Origin: Eledone cirrhosa
Lineage: Eukaryota
Direction: 5' to 3'
Assembly: GCA_964016885.1 (NCBI GenBank)
Contig: OZ024741.1
Location: forward strand, 337,404,001 to 337,468,000
DNA: 64,000 nucleotides
Under the pieces are notes generated by a model. That model was not told where the DNA came from. It saw only the letters and a program-made list of their open reading frames with translations, and made no database searches. Made by a program: the position numbers and the translations under genes. Below are positions 39,517 through 58,879 of this stretch, piece by piece (positions within the stretch are counted from its first letter, which is position 1; each line of letters opens with the position of its first letter).

Positions 39517-39911
39517 TATATATATACATGTATATATACATATATATATGTGTGTGTATGTGTATATATATGTATATATATATGTATATATATATATATA
39601 CACACACACACCAAATCTTTATATATTTCTGCTCCTCTGCTGTATTGTTTTCTAAGATAATAAATATGATCCATTGAAAAATATTCTCTTTAAGATCCCC
39701 ATTTCTTTGGTGAATTTTCTAAAAATCATTTTATTTCATTAGAAAGAAGCTAGGTTGAAATTCTTCATTAGCAATATAGTGACATTTTTAAATTTTTTTT
39801 TTTTTTTCAAGTTTGAAATTATAATTATCAGCATGAATTAAAAATTGAAATTTTTCTCTGAGCAGTTGCCCCCCCCCCCCCCATCTTCACATACATATAC
39901 ACACACTCTTA

Positions 39912-39943
<32 letters not shown>

Positions 39944-40063
39944 CCCCCTCTCTCTATTTATTTATTTCTCTATCTATATATCTCTCATTCTCTCCCTCGC
40001 TATATTTATATATCTGTCTATCTATCTATCTATCTAACCATCTACCTCTCTCTCTCTCCCTCA

Positions 40064-40105
<42 letters not shown>

Positions 40106-40369
40106 CTATCTACATCTGTCTATCCTATCTGTCTATCTATCTCAGGAATATTTATATTAGTTAAGAAAAAAAATTGATTTTGCAAAAAAGAAATAATAAA
40201 TATATAATAAATAAATAAACAAAAAAATAAAATAAAATAAATTCTAAGAAAATAAGAATTAATTTGTTATTCTTATTTTGGTTTTTATTAATGTTTTGTT
40301 TTTGTTTTTGCTGCTGCTGTTGTTGTTGTTATTGCAGTGTATGTGTGTTTACTTTGGTCATGATGGCGA

Positions 40370-40765
40370 TGACTGTCATATTGGTGATGATGATAATGAT
40401 GATGACAATTATGAAGATAATGATCATGGTGATGACAGCAATGATGAGGATGGTGATGATGATGATGTTGATGATGATGATGATGATGATGGTGGTGACA
40501 GTTATGAAGGTGGTGATGGTGATGTTGATGATGATGATGATGACAGCCATGAAGATAATGTTAATGATGATGATAGTGATTGTGATGATAAACATGAAGA
40601 TGATGATGATGGGGATGTTGGTGATGGCATTGGTTATGTTGATGGCAGTGAAGATGGTAATGATGGTACTGATGGTGATGATGGTGATGATGGTGATGAT
40701 GGTGATGATGGTGATGATGGTGATGATGGTGATGATGGTGATGATGGTGATGATGGTAATGATGT
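40370..40765. repeat. (GAT)n and (GATGATGGT)n tract
   Basis: Directly visible. Confidence 0.9.
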
Positions 40766-40821
40766 GGGACCTATTTTTTACTTTGCATTGTTTAATAGCT
40801 TATATATATATAATATCATCA

Positions 40822-40942
40822 ATGAGTTCAAATCCCGCCGAAGTTAACTTTGCCTTTCATCCTTACAGGGTCGATAAAATAAAGTACCAGTAATGCACTG
40901 GGTAATTGCTGGCCTTTTGCCAAAAGTAGAAACAATTATTAT
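40822..40942 (+). mobile_element. SINE, second family
   Basis: B-box GAGTTCAAATCC, GCCTTTCATCC core, (ATT)n tail. Confidence 0.75.
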
Positions 40943-40962
40943 CATATATATATATATACATG

Positions 40963-41000
<38 letters not shown>

Positions 41001-41068
41001 TACCCTTGCAAGCAGGGTAAGGCGGACGTAAAATGATGATGATGATGATGATGATGATGATATATATA

Positions 41069-41108
<40 letters not shown>

Positions 41109-41626
41109 TATATACATATATCTATATGTATATATATTCTTTTCTTCAGATTTTTAAACGAAATACTTTAGAAGTGAGATAATTTATCTTTCATCAGAGG
41201 TAAGAACGATGTCCATAAGAAGAAAAATTTACCATTGCAATCTTCTAGATCTTTTTTATTTAAAAGATCTCTCAGGTAGTGTTTCTTCTTTCAACAAATG
41301 AAAGAATTATCTGAGAAAGAGAGAGAGTATGAGAGAGAAATTTAACACTTGATAAGCAACTTTTAATAATATACAATAACACATATGGTTTGTAGTTGTT
41401 GGTGGTGTTGTGATTGTTGTCAGTGATTTGTGGTTGTTGGTAGTGTTGTTGCTGTTTTGGTAGTGGTTCTTGTTATTGTTACTGGTGTTGTGATTGTTGT
41501 TGTGGTTGCTGTTATTGTTGTTACTGTTGTGGCTGTTATGACTGTTGTAGCTGTGACTGTTGTTGTTGTGGTTGTTGTTATGGTTTTTGTTGTGGTTGCT
41601 GTGTTTGGTGTTTAATATTTCATTTG

Positions 41627-41659
<33 letters not shown>

Positions 41660-41926
41660 CTTCTTCTTCTTCTCCTCCCCCTCCTCCCCTCCTCATCCTC
41701 TTCCACCCTCCTCCTCCTTAACCCAAACATTACACCTCTACAATATACCTCAGAAATCTATGTTGTTTTACTTTAACTTTAGCAATGGAACTGGTGTTAA
41801 GTAAGAAACAGAATCTATATTTATTCTTTTTACGTGGTTATTCAAATTTGAGCAGTTATCACCACAAGATTTTATCATCATCATCGTCTTCCTTCTTATC
41901 GTTATATCTTCTTATATATTTCATTT

Positions 41927-44900
41927 TAATAATAATAATAATAATGAAAATATTGTGTACAGTGCTCAGGTGCACTACAACTCATCAAAAGTGTATGTAC
42001 AGTACATAGGGTAATGTACAAAAGTCAGGAAAAGGAACAGTGCATGAGTCATGATATACACATGTGTGCATGTGTATGGAAGGGGGACATCAGGTGTAGT
42101 TTTGGCGAATTTCGGGAAGCATGAGGGTTTTAAAGGATGCAGTGTCTCGGCAGCTAACAACTGACGCAGGCAGTTTGTTCCATGCTTCAGCAAGTCTAAG
42201 CGTGAAAAAATGTTTCTGAAAGTCATGGCAGCTGTGCTGTTTTCTGATTTTGTAGGCATGTCCACGTGTGTTAGACACATGGAGATCTAAAAGGTGCTCA
42301 GGGTTGTTGTTGGCGAGATGGTTAATAACTTTGTGGGTGTTTACCAAGTCCATTGCCAGACGTCAGAGCTTCAATGAATCCATGCCCAGGGAAGCAAGGC
42401 GTTCAGAGTATGGTAGGTGTCTGATGGAGGGTATGCGCCTGGTTGCACGTCTCTGAACAGTTTCCAGGAGGTCAATGTTCTGAGCAAGATAGGGGTTCCA
42501 GACTGATGATGCAAATTCCAAGTGTGGTCATACCATAGCTGTATACAGCTTTAAATAGATGGTTGGAGAGCGGCTAACAAAGATCTTTCTGAGTGATGCC
42601 AAGACATCCTCAGCCTTCTTGACAATTTTAGAGATGTGTTTCATCCAACGCAAATCGCTGCTGACAGTAATGCCCAGGTCACGTTCACAAGATGATTTCT
42701 TGATATCAGTGCTGTAGAGGGAGTATGTGGACGCTGGATTTTTCCTCCCAAAATGCATGGTGGTACACTTGTCCACAGCCAGCTTCAGTTGCCAGTCTGT
42801 GATCCATTGCTGCATTGTGTCCAGGTCTGATTGTAGGAAAGAGTTATAGATTTCAGGATCTGTCTTTTTGATTTCAAGGTACAGCTTGATGTCATCTGCA
42901 TATTTCAGTACTGTGGCATTCTTTAAGTTGGCATTAATGTATGCAACAAACAAAAGGGGACCAAGAACAGATCCCTGTGGTACACCAGATGACATCTCAT
43001 ATGGTGAAGAATGCTGTCCTAGAACCGTGACTACCTCTTTTCAGCTGAGAATGAAGGAATTCAACCAGTTAAAAAGATCATCCCTCACACCCATTGCAGA
43101 GAGTTTCGCCATAAGTCTTTTGTGTGGCACAGAATTAAAAGCCTTAGCGAAGTCAAGGTAAACAACATCCACCGATGAGCTGCTGTCAGTGATCCGGGTA
43201 ATGTCTTCAAGGAACTCGATAAGCTGATCACAGCAGCTGGAGTTAGGCATAAATCCAAATTGCGAGGTCCGGATGAGGCTGTGAGAGCTCCAGAAGTTCC
43301 AAAGTGTTTCTCTGACACAGGATTCCATCAGTTTGGCAATACAGCTAGTAAGACTGACTGGACGATAGTTGACAGGTAACGTGTGGTCACCCTTTTTGAA
43401 CAGGGGAATGACACTGGCAGTTTTCCACTGCTCCGGAGTAGCACCATTGTTGAGATAGTATTGAAAGAAGAAAGAAAGCTGGTGCAAAAGGAAGTACCCG
43501 CCACGTTTGAGAAGCAGGTATGTAACACCATCAAGACCAGGGCGGCATAGTTGCGCTTATTCTTAAGGTGACGTCCAGCATTGCAGGTGTAAATTCCATA
43601 GTTGTAATGGAATTTGATGTTAGAGATGGTGGAGATGGTACATTCTGGTTTTCAACAGTAAAAATGCTTGCATAGCACTCAGCAATGAGTTCTGTGCATT
43701 CTTTGGGATCGTCAGTGATGTGGCTTGTGTGGGGATTACGAAGAGGACCAGCTGGAGAGTGAGGTCTCTGCTTTGAATGTACATATTTCCAGAACACCTT
43801 ACTGTCAGGATTGGTTGCTATGCATTGTTCAATTCAAGCACTGCCTTTTTTGTCACTTGCTTGAGATGGTTGGAAGATTTATTCTGCTTTTTTCTGTTGG
43901 CATCTGATTTATACAGTTTATATTCCCGTTCAGCATTCCGACATTCTTTCCTGGCAAGTCGAACCGCTGAAGTTTCCCAAATTGCACTTTTGGGGTGGTA
44001 TTTTTTCTGCTTACATGGCACTGATGCTGTACACGCTATCCATATTGAGTCCAGGATGCTCTGGAGTATAGTGTTCACATCTCCAGAGTTATAGAACTCA
44101 TGCCAGTTTGAAGCTCAGTGCAGTACAAGTTCCAATCTGTTTTCTTCCAATCAAAGCAAGCAGATTGGAGATGGTTCTGGTTTTTGTTGCTGCCCACAAG
44201 AGCCAGATTGGCAATGATCATAGCATGATCAGAGTCGCCTAGAGGTTCCTCAGTAGTACAACTGATAACCACTTCAGTAGTAGTGGTGAAGATCAGGTTC
44301 AAAGTGTTGTCACCTCTTGTTGGAGAGGTGACTACTTGTGACCAGTTTGAGTCCAGCACTAGCTCAAGGAAATCGTTTGCACTTTGTGGTCAACGAAAGG
44401 TTTCCCAAACGATCTCAGGATGATTGAAGTCACCTGCAATAAACACATAAGTGGCTGTTTTCCTGGTAGCAGCTCTGAGGATATCGCAAAGCTGTGTGTC
44501 ATGATGGTAGTTTGGGGGGCGATAAACAACACCAAGCAGAAGTGTTGACATGGTCATACGTATGTCACAGAAAAAAACTTCTTCTTGTGATTCGTTCAAA
44601 TCAATGCAAGGAATTACTGAAAAATTTGAACGAACGTAGACCATCACACCACCACCATGGCGATTAATGCGCTCCTTGCGGAACAGGTTGTACTCAGTAA
44701 TGCTGAAAACCCCATCACAGAGTAAGGAATGTGCCCATGTTTCCGTGACTGTAATGAAGTCAGAGTCGATGCTTCTGACGTAGGAGTTAAACAGATGTAT
44801 CTTGTTGCATAAACTGCGAGCATTTAAGGACAACAATTTGTACCCTGCTTGCAGTTTATGATGGTGTGTAGAGGATGGCAGGTTGTTCTGGTTTAGTTTC

Positions 44901-44930
44901 CCAGAGTTGTTGCAGTTTTTTCATTGCCAG
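41927..44930 (-). mobile_element. CR1-group LINE (ORF2 region, frameshifted)
   Basis: EN (NARSL, VTETW, YRPP, GDFN, LGDSDH); RT (NYRPVSLTS, LDFAKAF, GVPQGSVLGP, YADD); C-terminal TRGH..FFT.R...WNKLP; (ATT)n tail. Confidence 0.9.
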
Positions 44931-44951
44931 TTATTTCTTCTTCTTCTTCTT

Positions 44952-44982
<31 letters not shown>

Positions 44983-45049
44983 ATATTGTTATTATTATTC
45001 TTTTTACTATTATTATTATTATTATTAAAGAAATCGTTATTATTATTTG

Positions 45050-45262
45050 GCAGTATCTGTAGAACGTCAGACAACCTTCTTTGCAGAATATAGCGATGGC
45101 CCTTTACATTCTGATTTCAAATCCTGGCAAGGTTATCGCTTTGCCTTTCATTCTTACAGGTTTGATAAAATAAAGTACCAGTAATGCACTGGAGTCAATT
45201 TAATCAACTTTCCCCTTCCCTTCAAATTGTTGACCTTCTGCCAAATGTTGAAACAATTATTA
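45050..45262 (+). mobile_element. SINE, second family, degenerate
   Basis: Homologous to 40822 and 47733. Confidence 0.65.
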
Positions 45263-45409
45263 TCATAATTATCATCATCATCATTAATCTTATTTTTATT
45301 GCATGCTGTCAATGCATTAGTGAATACAGCTCTGTGTTCTTTGGGTGTGTGCAATATTATATTTGATGTTGTTGTTTCACTTGTATTGAAAATACTCTAC
45401 ATAATAAGT

Positions 45410-45705
45410 CTCTCCTCTAAAGTCTGTCTTAAGCCAGGAGGCTTGTCAGGCCAATGCTTATTCTGATTTTGTGGTGTGAAGCAACTGAGAGTATAAGACT
45501 TCCCCCTGGATAGGACGCTTGTCCATTGCAGGGTTAAATCCCAAGCTATTGCTGGTATTAACTCATTTTCAGCTGAATATACTGGAGCAACATGAAATGA
45601 AGTGTTTTGATGAAGAACACAACACACAACCCAGCCCAGGAATCGAACCCACAACATTATGATCATAAGTATAACACCCTTTCCACTAGGCCACATGCCT
45701 CCATA
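45410..45705 (-). mobile_element. tRNA-derived CORE-like SINE with a third tail type
   Basis: A box TGGCCTAGTGG and B box GGTTCGATTCC on the minus strand, followed by the core. Confidence 0.72.
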
Positions 45706-46566
45706 TGTGTACAATGCCTAGAATTTATATTATCATATGCTGTATATATTTGTAACTCCTTGAAAGGATGAATAACAAAGTTGTCCTTGGTAATATTTGA
45801 ACTCAAAGTACAGAAAATGGGAATGACTATTGCAAAACATTCTATCTGATGTTCTAACATCTCTCAGGAGCAGATAGAAGAATGACAAGCAGATAGTAAA
45901 AACAGCACTGTGAAGGCATGTAGCCTAGTGTTTATGGCATTGGACTCCTCATCAGAAGGTCATTGGCTTGAATCTTCGACTGGGTAGTGTGTTGTGTGTG
46001 TTCTGGAAGAAGTCATTTTATTTTATATTGCTTTTCAAGATAGGCCTGGGGTCTCTCTCATTAAAACACCTGAGAAACATCCTATGGAATGCAACTATAG
46101 GGTGCCAGCAAAACCTAAATAGGTGTGAGCTGTAAGTTAATATACAGATATATATTTGAGAAGAGATAGGAGTATCTGTTTCATTTAGGTTAATTCACGT
46201 TTGTGTAAAATGAATATGTGAAACAAAAAATAGGACAGGTAGCTTACCGGTTAATTGGGCTCAAGGTTGTCAGTCAAGTATCTTGATGATACGAGATGCG
46301 TCATCGAGTATGGTACATAGGTTCCTTGGAAAATTTCAGGGAGTAATTTAATTAGGAAAAACTAGGTAAAATCTGTTGAAATTTGAAGAAAAATTTATTA
46401 CGTAATAGGGTCCTTTACATTTGTTTCAATACAGTTATGCAATTGCCTACAAAAACTGAAAAATTATGTGATGTAATCCACTATCCTGTAATACATATTT
46501 ATATTAGTATTTTATGAGAGACCTATCTAGTTTCTCCTAGTACCCTATTTACTATATATATATATA

Positions 46567-46702
46567 ATGAAGGTGTGGTAAGGAACCAGATGGGCCATAA
46601 CACACCAGAGTATTCAATACTTAGGGTAGTAAAGTAGGTAATAGGAAAATGTTTAACCCCGACGGCAGAGCTGAAGCGTTTCGACGGTTTTTCCTGGACT
46701 AA
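46567..46702 (-). mobile_element. Half-HHR repeat family, copy 3
   Basis: CCGTC-GAAA-CG..CCG-TC-GGGG; ends at the CTGGACTAAA loop. Confidence 0.65.
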
Positions 46703-46799
46703 ATTTATATATCTATATATCGATCGACTTTCATCAAATCAGACCAAGGAAACAATGTTTCCGTTGGTCTTTCCAATTGCTAGTACTATCTATAGATCG

Positions 46800-46935
46800 C
46801 AACTCCAGGTAAAAGGAGCAACGTGAAATAAAGTGTCTTGCTCAAGGACATAACACATTGCCCGGTCCAGGAATCAAACTCACAACCTCACGATTGAGAA
46901 TCCAATTCTCTAACCACTCAGCCACGCACCTTCAT
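46800..46935 (-). mobile_element. tRNA head plus CORE-like SINE fragment
   Basis: TGGCTGAGTGG A box, GAGTTTGATTCC B box, core. Confidence 0.75.
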
Positions 46936-47120
46936 ATATGAGTATTTTGTATATCTAGCCATATACAGTATATTACTAGATATACAAAATACTCATACTT
47001 ATATGTATGCAGCTATGTTAGAGCGAATACCTTAATATGTATATCAGTGTAACTGCCTAGTTGCATAAATGTCTGAACATATTACGTGATTTTCTGAACA
47101 TTGAGGATCTATATCTGCAT

Positions 47121-47157
47121 TTGTGAAGATATGTTGCACAAAAACGATATCGTCCAA
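47121..47157 (+). ncRNA. Heavily decayed hammerhead ribozyme
   Basis: TTG-(c)TGAAGA-tatgttgcaca-aAAA-CGATATCG-TC-CAA; palindromic stem III; two core defects. Confidence 0.4.
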
Positions 47158-47341
47158 GGGATGAGAATTTCACCTTTCTCTCTACTTAAACACCACCACC
47201 GCATCTGCTAAAACTAAATGTGTGCCCTTTGAACGGCTGATTGCAAATCCATTACTGCAATGCAGCAAATTCATTGAGTGAGCTAGGCGCTGGCTGGGGG
47301 TACATTGAATTAATACCAGCTACCTTTATTAATTTTATATA

Positions 47342-47393
<52 letters not shown>

Positions 47394-47462
47394 TATATAT
47401 ATAGTCCAACGCATGCAAGCATGAAAAAGCAGATGTAAAAACGATGATGAAGGCAATATATA

Positions 47463-47722
47463 GATGTGTTGTTTCCTTGAGCAAGACACTTTATTTCGCA
47501 TTGCTCCAGTTTACTCAGCTGTAGAAATGAGATGATAGGGACTGGGGTCCCTATCATTCCACTGCAAAGTGGTCGTGGAGGTGCCACGGCAAAAAAGCAC
47601 CCAGCACTCACTGTAAATGAGGTTGGTGTTAGGAAGGGCATCCAGCTATAGAAATCAAGCCAGAATCAGTTCCCGTCCCACCCTTGCAAGCAGGGAAAAG
47701 TGGACGTAAAATGAAATGATGA
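47463..47722 (+). mobile_element. Headless CORE-like SINE with RTE-derived tail
   Basis: Reverse complement of 20815-21075. Confidence 0.8.
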
Positions 47723-47732
47723 TATTTATAAC

Positions 47733-47953
47733 TGTTTCGACTTTAGGCAAAAGGCCAGCATTTTTTAAGGGGGGGGGGGGGGGGGGGGGTTAAATCGACC
47801 TAGTGCATTACTGGTGTTTTATTCTATCAACCCCGTAAGGATGAAAGGCAAAGCTAAATTTAGCGGGATTTGAACTCAGAATGTAAAGGGCTATAACTCT
47901 ATGCTGCTAAGCATGTTGTCTAACATTCTACACCAATACTGCCAATCCACCAC
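47733..47953 (-). mobile_element. SINE, second family, near full length
   Basis: tRNA-like head with GAGTTCAAATCC, then GCCTTTCATCCTTACGGGG core. Confidence 0.72.
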
Positions 47954-48809
47954 CATATATATGTATATATATATATACACACATATATTGCCCGTCCCCT
48001 CAATCTATTTTAATTCTCATTCTATATATATAAATATATATAAAATATATATAAATATATATAAATATATATAAAATAATAATAAAAATAAACCATTTAA
48101 TTATTTGTTATTCCTTCTCTTATTACACAGAAATGAGCAGAGTTAATATCTAATTCCTTGAGTTAATGCTCAGATTATAATGTATAGATACAACTACATA
48201 TGTATAGCGGAGCTTTAGCCAAGTATTGCAACGTTTATTCATTAATTCCTTTTTTCTTTTCTTTCTCACTTTTGTAGAAACAAGTGTAAGAAGAATAAAA
48301 TGTCTTTTTTCATTATTGCTATTTGTGCTGTGTACCACCATATTCATACAGTTTGTCGGATTTACTTATGTGAAGTTTCATTCCTAAACACTTTTATGGG
48401 TTATCCTGCAATGAGAAGATTTGTTTTATCTTACTGATTGTGGAATTACATCATTGAAACATCATTGCCATATCACTTTATTTACCTGAATAATGTAGGT
48501 GTATATATATATATATATATATATACACATACACACACACATATATATACATACATATATATATATACATATATATATATACATATATATATACATATAT
48601 ATTCATATATATGTATACATATTTATATATATGTACATATATACATATATATATATACATATATATATACATATATATTCATATATATGTATACATATTT
48701 ATATATATGTACATATATACATATATATATATACATATAATCAAGGTTTAGCAAATAAGAAAAAGTTTCAAAATAAATTTAAAAAAATTAACTGTACTCA
48801 CTATGGTCA

Positions 48810-48894
48810 CCTTTATTGAATCGGTTTCGAGTCTCAAAAATAAATAGACAGTCCTTACGGCCATCTATTGCAAAGATAAACTCTCGTCAGAAGG
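48810..48894 (-). ncRNA. Decayed type I hammerhead ribozyme
   Basis: CCTT-CTGACGA-GAGT..(AATAGATGG/CTGTCTATT)..ACTC-GAAA-ccga-TTC; stems III and I imperfect. Confidence 0.55.
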
Positions 48895-49083
48895 ATCTTT
48901 TCACTCGGAGAATATAAAATTCCCGAGTTCAAATTACGAACTGGCACTATTCAAAATTGTTCCCGAGATGAGAATAAATGATGTGGAATCAATTCCGTCC
49001 AGTGCCGTGTGTAAAGATAGAAGCAAAGGCAGGGAGGTCAGTCTACTACCACTATAACTATACATATATGTATATATATATAT

Positions 49084-49272
49084 AATGAAGGAGTTGTGGT
49101 AAGGAACCAGATGGACCATACGCACCAGAGTACTCAATACTTAGGATAGTAGAGTGGGTAATAAGAGAAAGCATGACCCCGACGACAGAGCTCAATCCGT
49201 TTTGACGGCTATTTCTGGACTAAAGTCCAGAAATAGCTATCGAAACAGCTTGAGCTCATACTTTCTCCTATA

Positions 49273-49314
<42 letters not shown>

Positions 49315-49450
49315 CATATATATAAAATATATATATATATATACATAAATATACATATATATACACACACACATATATATATATAATTTATAAAACAGAA
49401 ATAGCCGTCGAAACGGCTTGAGATCTGCCGTTTGGGTCATACTTTTTCCT
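49084..49450 (-). mobile_element. Half-HHR fold-back repeat family, copy 4, plus extra arm at 49395-49450
   Basis: Palindrome centred on CTGGACT-AA-AGTCCAG. Confidence 0.7.
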
Positions 49451-49510
49451 ATATATATATACGTAAAATGATGATGATGATGTATATATATATATGTATA
49501 TATATATATA

Positions 49511-49840
49511 CATCATCATCATCATTTTACGTCCACTTTTCCCTGCTTGCAAGGGTGGGACGGGAACTGATTCTGGCTTGATTTCTACAGCTGGATGCCC
49601 TTCCTAACACCAACCTCATTTACAGTGACTGCTGGGTGCTTTTTTGCCGTGGCACCTCCACGACCACTTTGCAGTGGAATGATAGGGACCCCAGTCCCTA
49701 TCATCTCATTTCTACAGCTGAGTAAACTGGAACAATGTGAAATAAAGTGTCTTGCTCAAGGAAACAACACATCACCCGGTCTGAGAATTGAACTCACAAC
49801 CTTTCGAATGCAAGGCCAATGCTCTAAACACTAAGCCATA
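49511..49840 (-). mobile_element. Full-length tRNA-CORE SINE with RTE-derived tail
   Basis: TGGCTTAGTG A box, GAGTTCAATTC B box, core, GGAAGGGCATCC module, RTE tail, (ATG)n. Confidence 0.85.
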
Positions 49841-50009
49841 TATATATACATGTATATATATATATATACATATATATATGTATATATATATAAATATATA
49901 TATATTTATATTGTTATACTTGGGGAGGGTCATATTTGTGTAATATTGCCAGAATTAATAACAGAACACACTCACTGTTTGGTTGGTTTTCGCCGTTATA
50001 TATATATAC

Positions 50010-50158
<149 letters not shown>

Positions 50159-50250
50159 TAAATCTACCAAGAGTTTACGGTATAAGGAACTGTTTCATTG
50201 TTTTATTCATTATTTTTTTAATACTTTATATATATATATAAATATATATA

Positions 50251-54235
<3,985 letters not shown>

Positions 54236-54276
54236 TCATCAGTATTTTTGGTTAGGAGGTGCCTACTGACTGTAGG

Positions 54277-54309
<33 letters not shown>

Positions 54310-54994
54310 CAAATTAATTAACAGAGTTAAAAACTTACATTAATCCCCTACAATTTAGGGAGCTCAAGAAATATATATTGTGGTGGGATCTTTATAAATC
54401 AACATATAGAGAGAAGTACACATAGAGACATGTGTTTAATCATAGGGGATCAAAAACCACCAGAGTGACAAACATATTACCTACGGAAGGAATGGTGAAT
54501 ACAAATCAATAAAAGTATACTATTAAAGTATACTAACCATTCGATTATAACAATACACCCGGACATGCTCAAATGTTTTGCAATAATAAGGGTAAAATCC
54601 ATATTGTAGATGTAGCTCATCGGCGGGTGTCTAGCAATACGATCAACACTTCTATAAAAAATATATCATATAACTTAGAAAACACACATGGTACAGAGGA
54701 AAGACATGTGCGTTTTATAGCAAAAGACCGCTAAAAATAGCAGCTCAGAACCATTCAATTTTAGAAGCTCTACTTACATATAGAAATGAAATAGGAGCTA
54801 AAACATCAAATTAATTAATGGATTTAAAAACTCACATTAGTCCATATAATTTAGGGAGCTCAAGGAATATATATTCCGGGCTCTTTATAAATCAACATAT
54901 AAAGGGAAGTACACATAGAGATATGCGTTCAATCATAGGGGATCAAAAACCACCAGAGTGACGAAGATATTACCTACAGAAGGAAGGGTGAATA
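54310..54994 (-). mobile_element. HHR-bearing ~498-nt unit, ~1.4 tandem copies
   Basis: 54310-54500 is repeated, diverged, at 54808-54994. Confidence 0.7.
54555..54630 (-). ncRNA. Decayed type I hammerhead ribozyme
   Basis: ACACCCG-CcGATGA-GC..GC-aAAA-CAT ttgagc ATG-TC-CGGGTGT; perfect 7-bp stem I; two core substitutions. Confidence 0.68.
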
Positions 54995-55541
54995 ATATAT
55001 AGCTATATGTTAATTTGAACAATGTCAGTATTCCGTGTGTCATTATTCTCGATTATCATTAGTTCATAGGTTTCAAATGACTCCGCCCACCTCAACGACG
55101 CCAAACTTAAATTAATATGCATAATGCCATTGAGGGAGTGAGAGGGGAGAGAGAGGCAAAGTGAACGCTGTGTTTGGATAAGTTATGTATATGTGTCAGT
55201 GTAGAGACAGTGTGTGTGTGTGGAAATAAGAGGGGAAGGAAAGCAATAACTATTAATATGTGTGCGTGTGTATGTACGTGCGCGTATGTTTATGTCTGTG
55301 TGTGTGCAGCGTTCCACAGAAAGTAAAAACTATGAACATGTGTGAGTGTGTAAGTTTGTGTGCGTGTGCGCGTTTCCATGCGTGTATGTATGTGTACGTG
55401 TGGCATCCCATAACCACCATGCAGTTTATCTGTCTGTATGCCTGTCTGTCAGTCTAACATACACAGAATTGTGAAGGGAGTAAATAGGGACCTTTTTTTT
55501 ACATTGACGGACATCTTTTATATTAATTATCTATATCTATA

Positions 55542-56000
<459 letters not shown>

Positions 56001-56171
56001 CAATGTATATATGTTTACATCTATATACATATATACATCTATGTATATATGTTTATATTTAGAATGTTGAGAAGTGACACACGAGTTGATATATATTATG
56101 AAAATAAGAAAGCAGTAGAAAATGGTAAAAGAATTTTATCATAGAAAAACAGAAACATTTTTTAAAAACAA

Positions 56172-56209
56172 AGTATAGTACCGGTTTCAGTCGATAAAAA
56201 TTTCGACTT
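56172..56209 (-). ncRNA. 3' part of a hammerhead ribozyme
   Basis: AGTCGA..TCGACT stem II, GAAA-CCGG-TA; CUGANGA replaced by (TA)n. Confidence 0.5.
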
Positions 56210-56237
56210 ATATATATATATAAATTCACATTTTTGT

Positions 56238-56296
<59 letters not shown>

Positions 56297-56312
56297 TCTC
56301 TCTCTCTCTCTT

Positions 56313-56356
<44 letters not shown>

Positions 56357-56460
56357 TCTCTCTCTCACTCTCTCTCTCTCTCTCTCTCTTCCTTTGTGAT
56401 GTGGTGGTAGTAGCAGCCAAAATAGTAGAAGTTGGGGGTTGTCTCATATATGTGTATATA

Positions 56461-56540
<80 letters not shown>

Positions 56541-56676
56541 GTATTCATGAGTGTATGTATATATATATGTATATAGTTATGTTTACACTTTTGGGGCAAA
56601 ATGCAGGGTGATGTAAAGTTGGAGTAATAATTTCTCAATGGTATCTATACTTACTGATGTAATCATAAGAACTTCT

Positions 56677-56716
56677 GCCTCTGAAGAGCCCTTCTGGGCG
56701 AAACACATGTAAGAGC
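56677..56716 (+). ncRNA. Minimal type I hammerhead ribozyme
   Basis: CT-CTGAAGA-GCCC ttct GGGC-GAAA-CACATG-TA-AG; stem I weak. Confidence 0.7.
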
Positions 56717-56811
56717 TATATAAAGAATTGTTTTAATGGCTTGTAACTCCTTTATTCATTCATTCATTTGCTTATATATATAAACATATAATGTATATTG
56801 TACAAAATTAA

Positions 56812-56975
56812 TCCCTGGTGGCTGAGCTCTTGCCATTTTGACATCGAATCCCTGTCAAAATGGTAAGAGCTCAGCTGTCCAGTACTAATCTTTTACAATA
56901 CCTACACTCTGCTTCAACAAGTATCGAGTACTTAGCTGAATAATGGTTATACTAGTCTAAACTGATAACTTCCAA
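56812..56975 (+). mobile_element. Half-HHR fold-back repeat family, diverged copy (another at 57218-57277)
   Basis: Hairpin CTGAGCTCTTGCCATTTTGACA/TGTCAAAATGGTAAGAGCTCAG followed by the shared AAGTATCGAGTACT tail. Confidence 0.6.
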
Positions 56976-57085
56976 TATGTGTATATATATATAGGTTCTC
57001 AAGTGGTGTCGAGGGAGTAACCATAGTTTAAAAAAGGAACTCAATACATTGGTAGAGTATAAGCATCTTTATTATGAATAGAAAT

Positions 57086-57137
57086 GACTTCTACAAGACT
57101 AGAACTGTTTCATTCATATAAAATCATCAGGGAAGTC
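57086..57137 (-). ncRNA. Type I hammerhead ribozyme with a decayed inverted partner at 57140-57186
   Basis: GACTTC c-CTGATGA-..-GAAA-CAG ttctagtc TTG-TA-GAAGTC. Confidence 0.62.
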
Positions 57138-57247
57138 TTTCCTCGTGATTTCATGCTAATGAAACAGTTCTACTCCTAGAAAAGTCATATATATAAATAT
57201 ATATATATATATGTATATAGGAAAAGAGTCAGGCCCCTGACAGCTGA

Positions 57248-58571
<1,324 letters not shown>

Positions 58572-58879
58572 TATATATGTATGAATAATATTTGTTTGTG
58601 TAGGCTAGTGTACAAACAAAAAAAAAACAAGTAAGATTGCTTAGCAAAGTATTTTTCTCAACGTGGTCGTTGTATGGGTTACAGTAATAGTCCAAAAAAG
58701 GGATCAAAGATCATGGAGTAATAATATTTTTAAATGTATAGGAAAAACAAACACTAGGCATGAGTATAGAAAAGAAGTGAAGAATTTTATCAAAAGTGCA
58801 TTGCCTTTTAATCCGAGTGGATAGCAGTAGGAAAATTCTTTTACTGCAAGATGCAGCAACTTCATCTCAAACTTTGAAA

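Noticed and set aside
34293-40893. Many long ORFs rich in YI, CV, poly-V/T/H/D/M
   Set aside because: Translations of di- and trinucleotide microsatellites; open in several frames and on both strands
41150-41199. Plus-strand exon candidate with TTTCAG acceptor and GTAAGA donor
   Set aside because: Stops in all three frames; no other support
46860-46935. tRNA gene
   Set aside because: A/B boxes run directly into the SINE core; these are SINE heads, not tRNA genes
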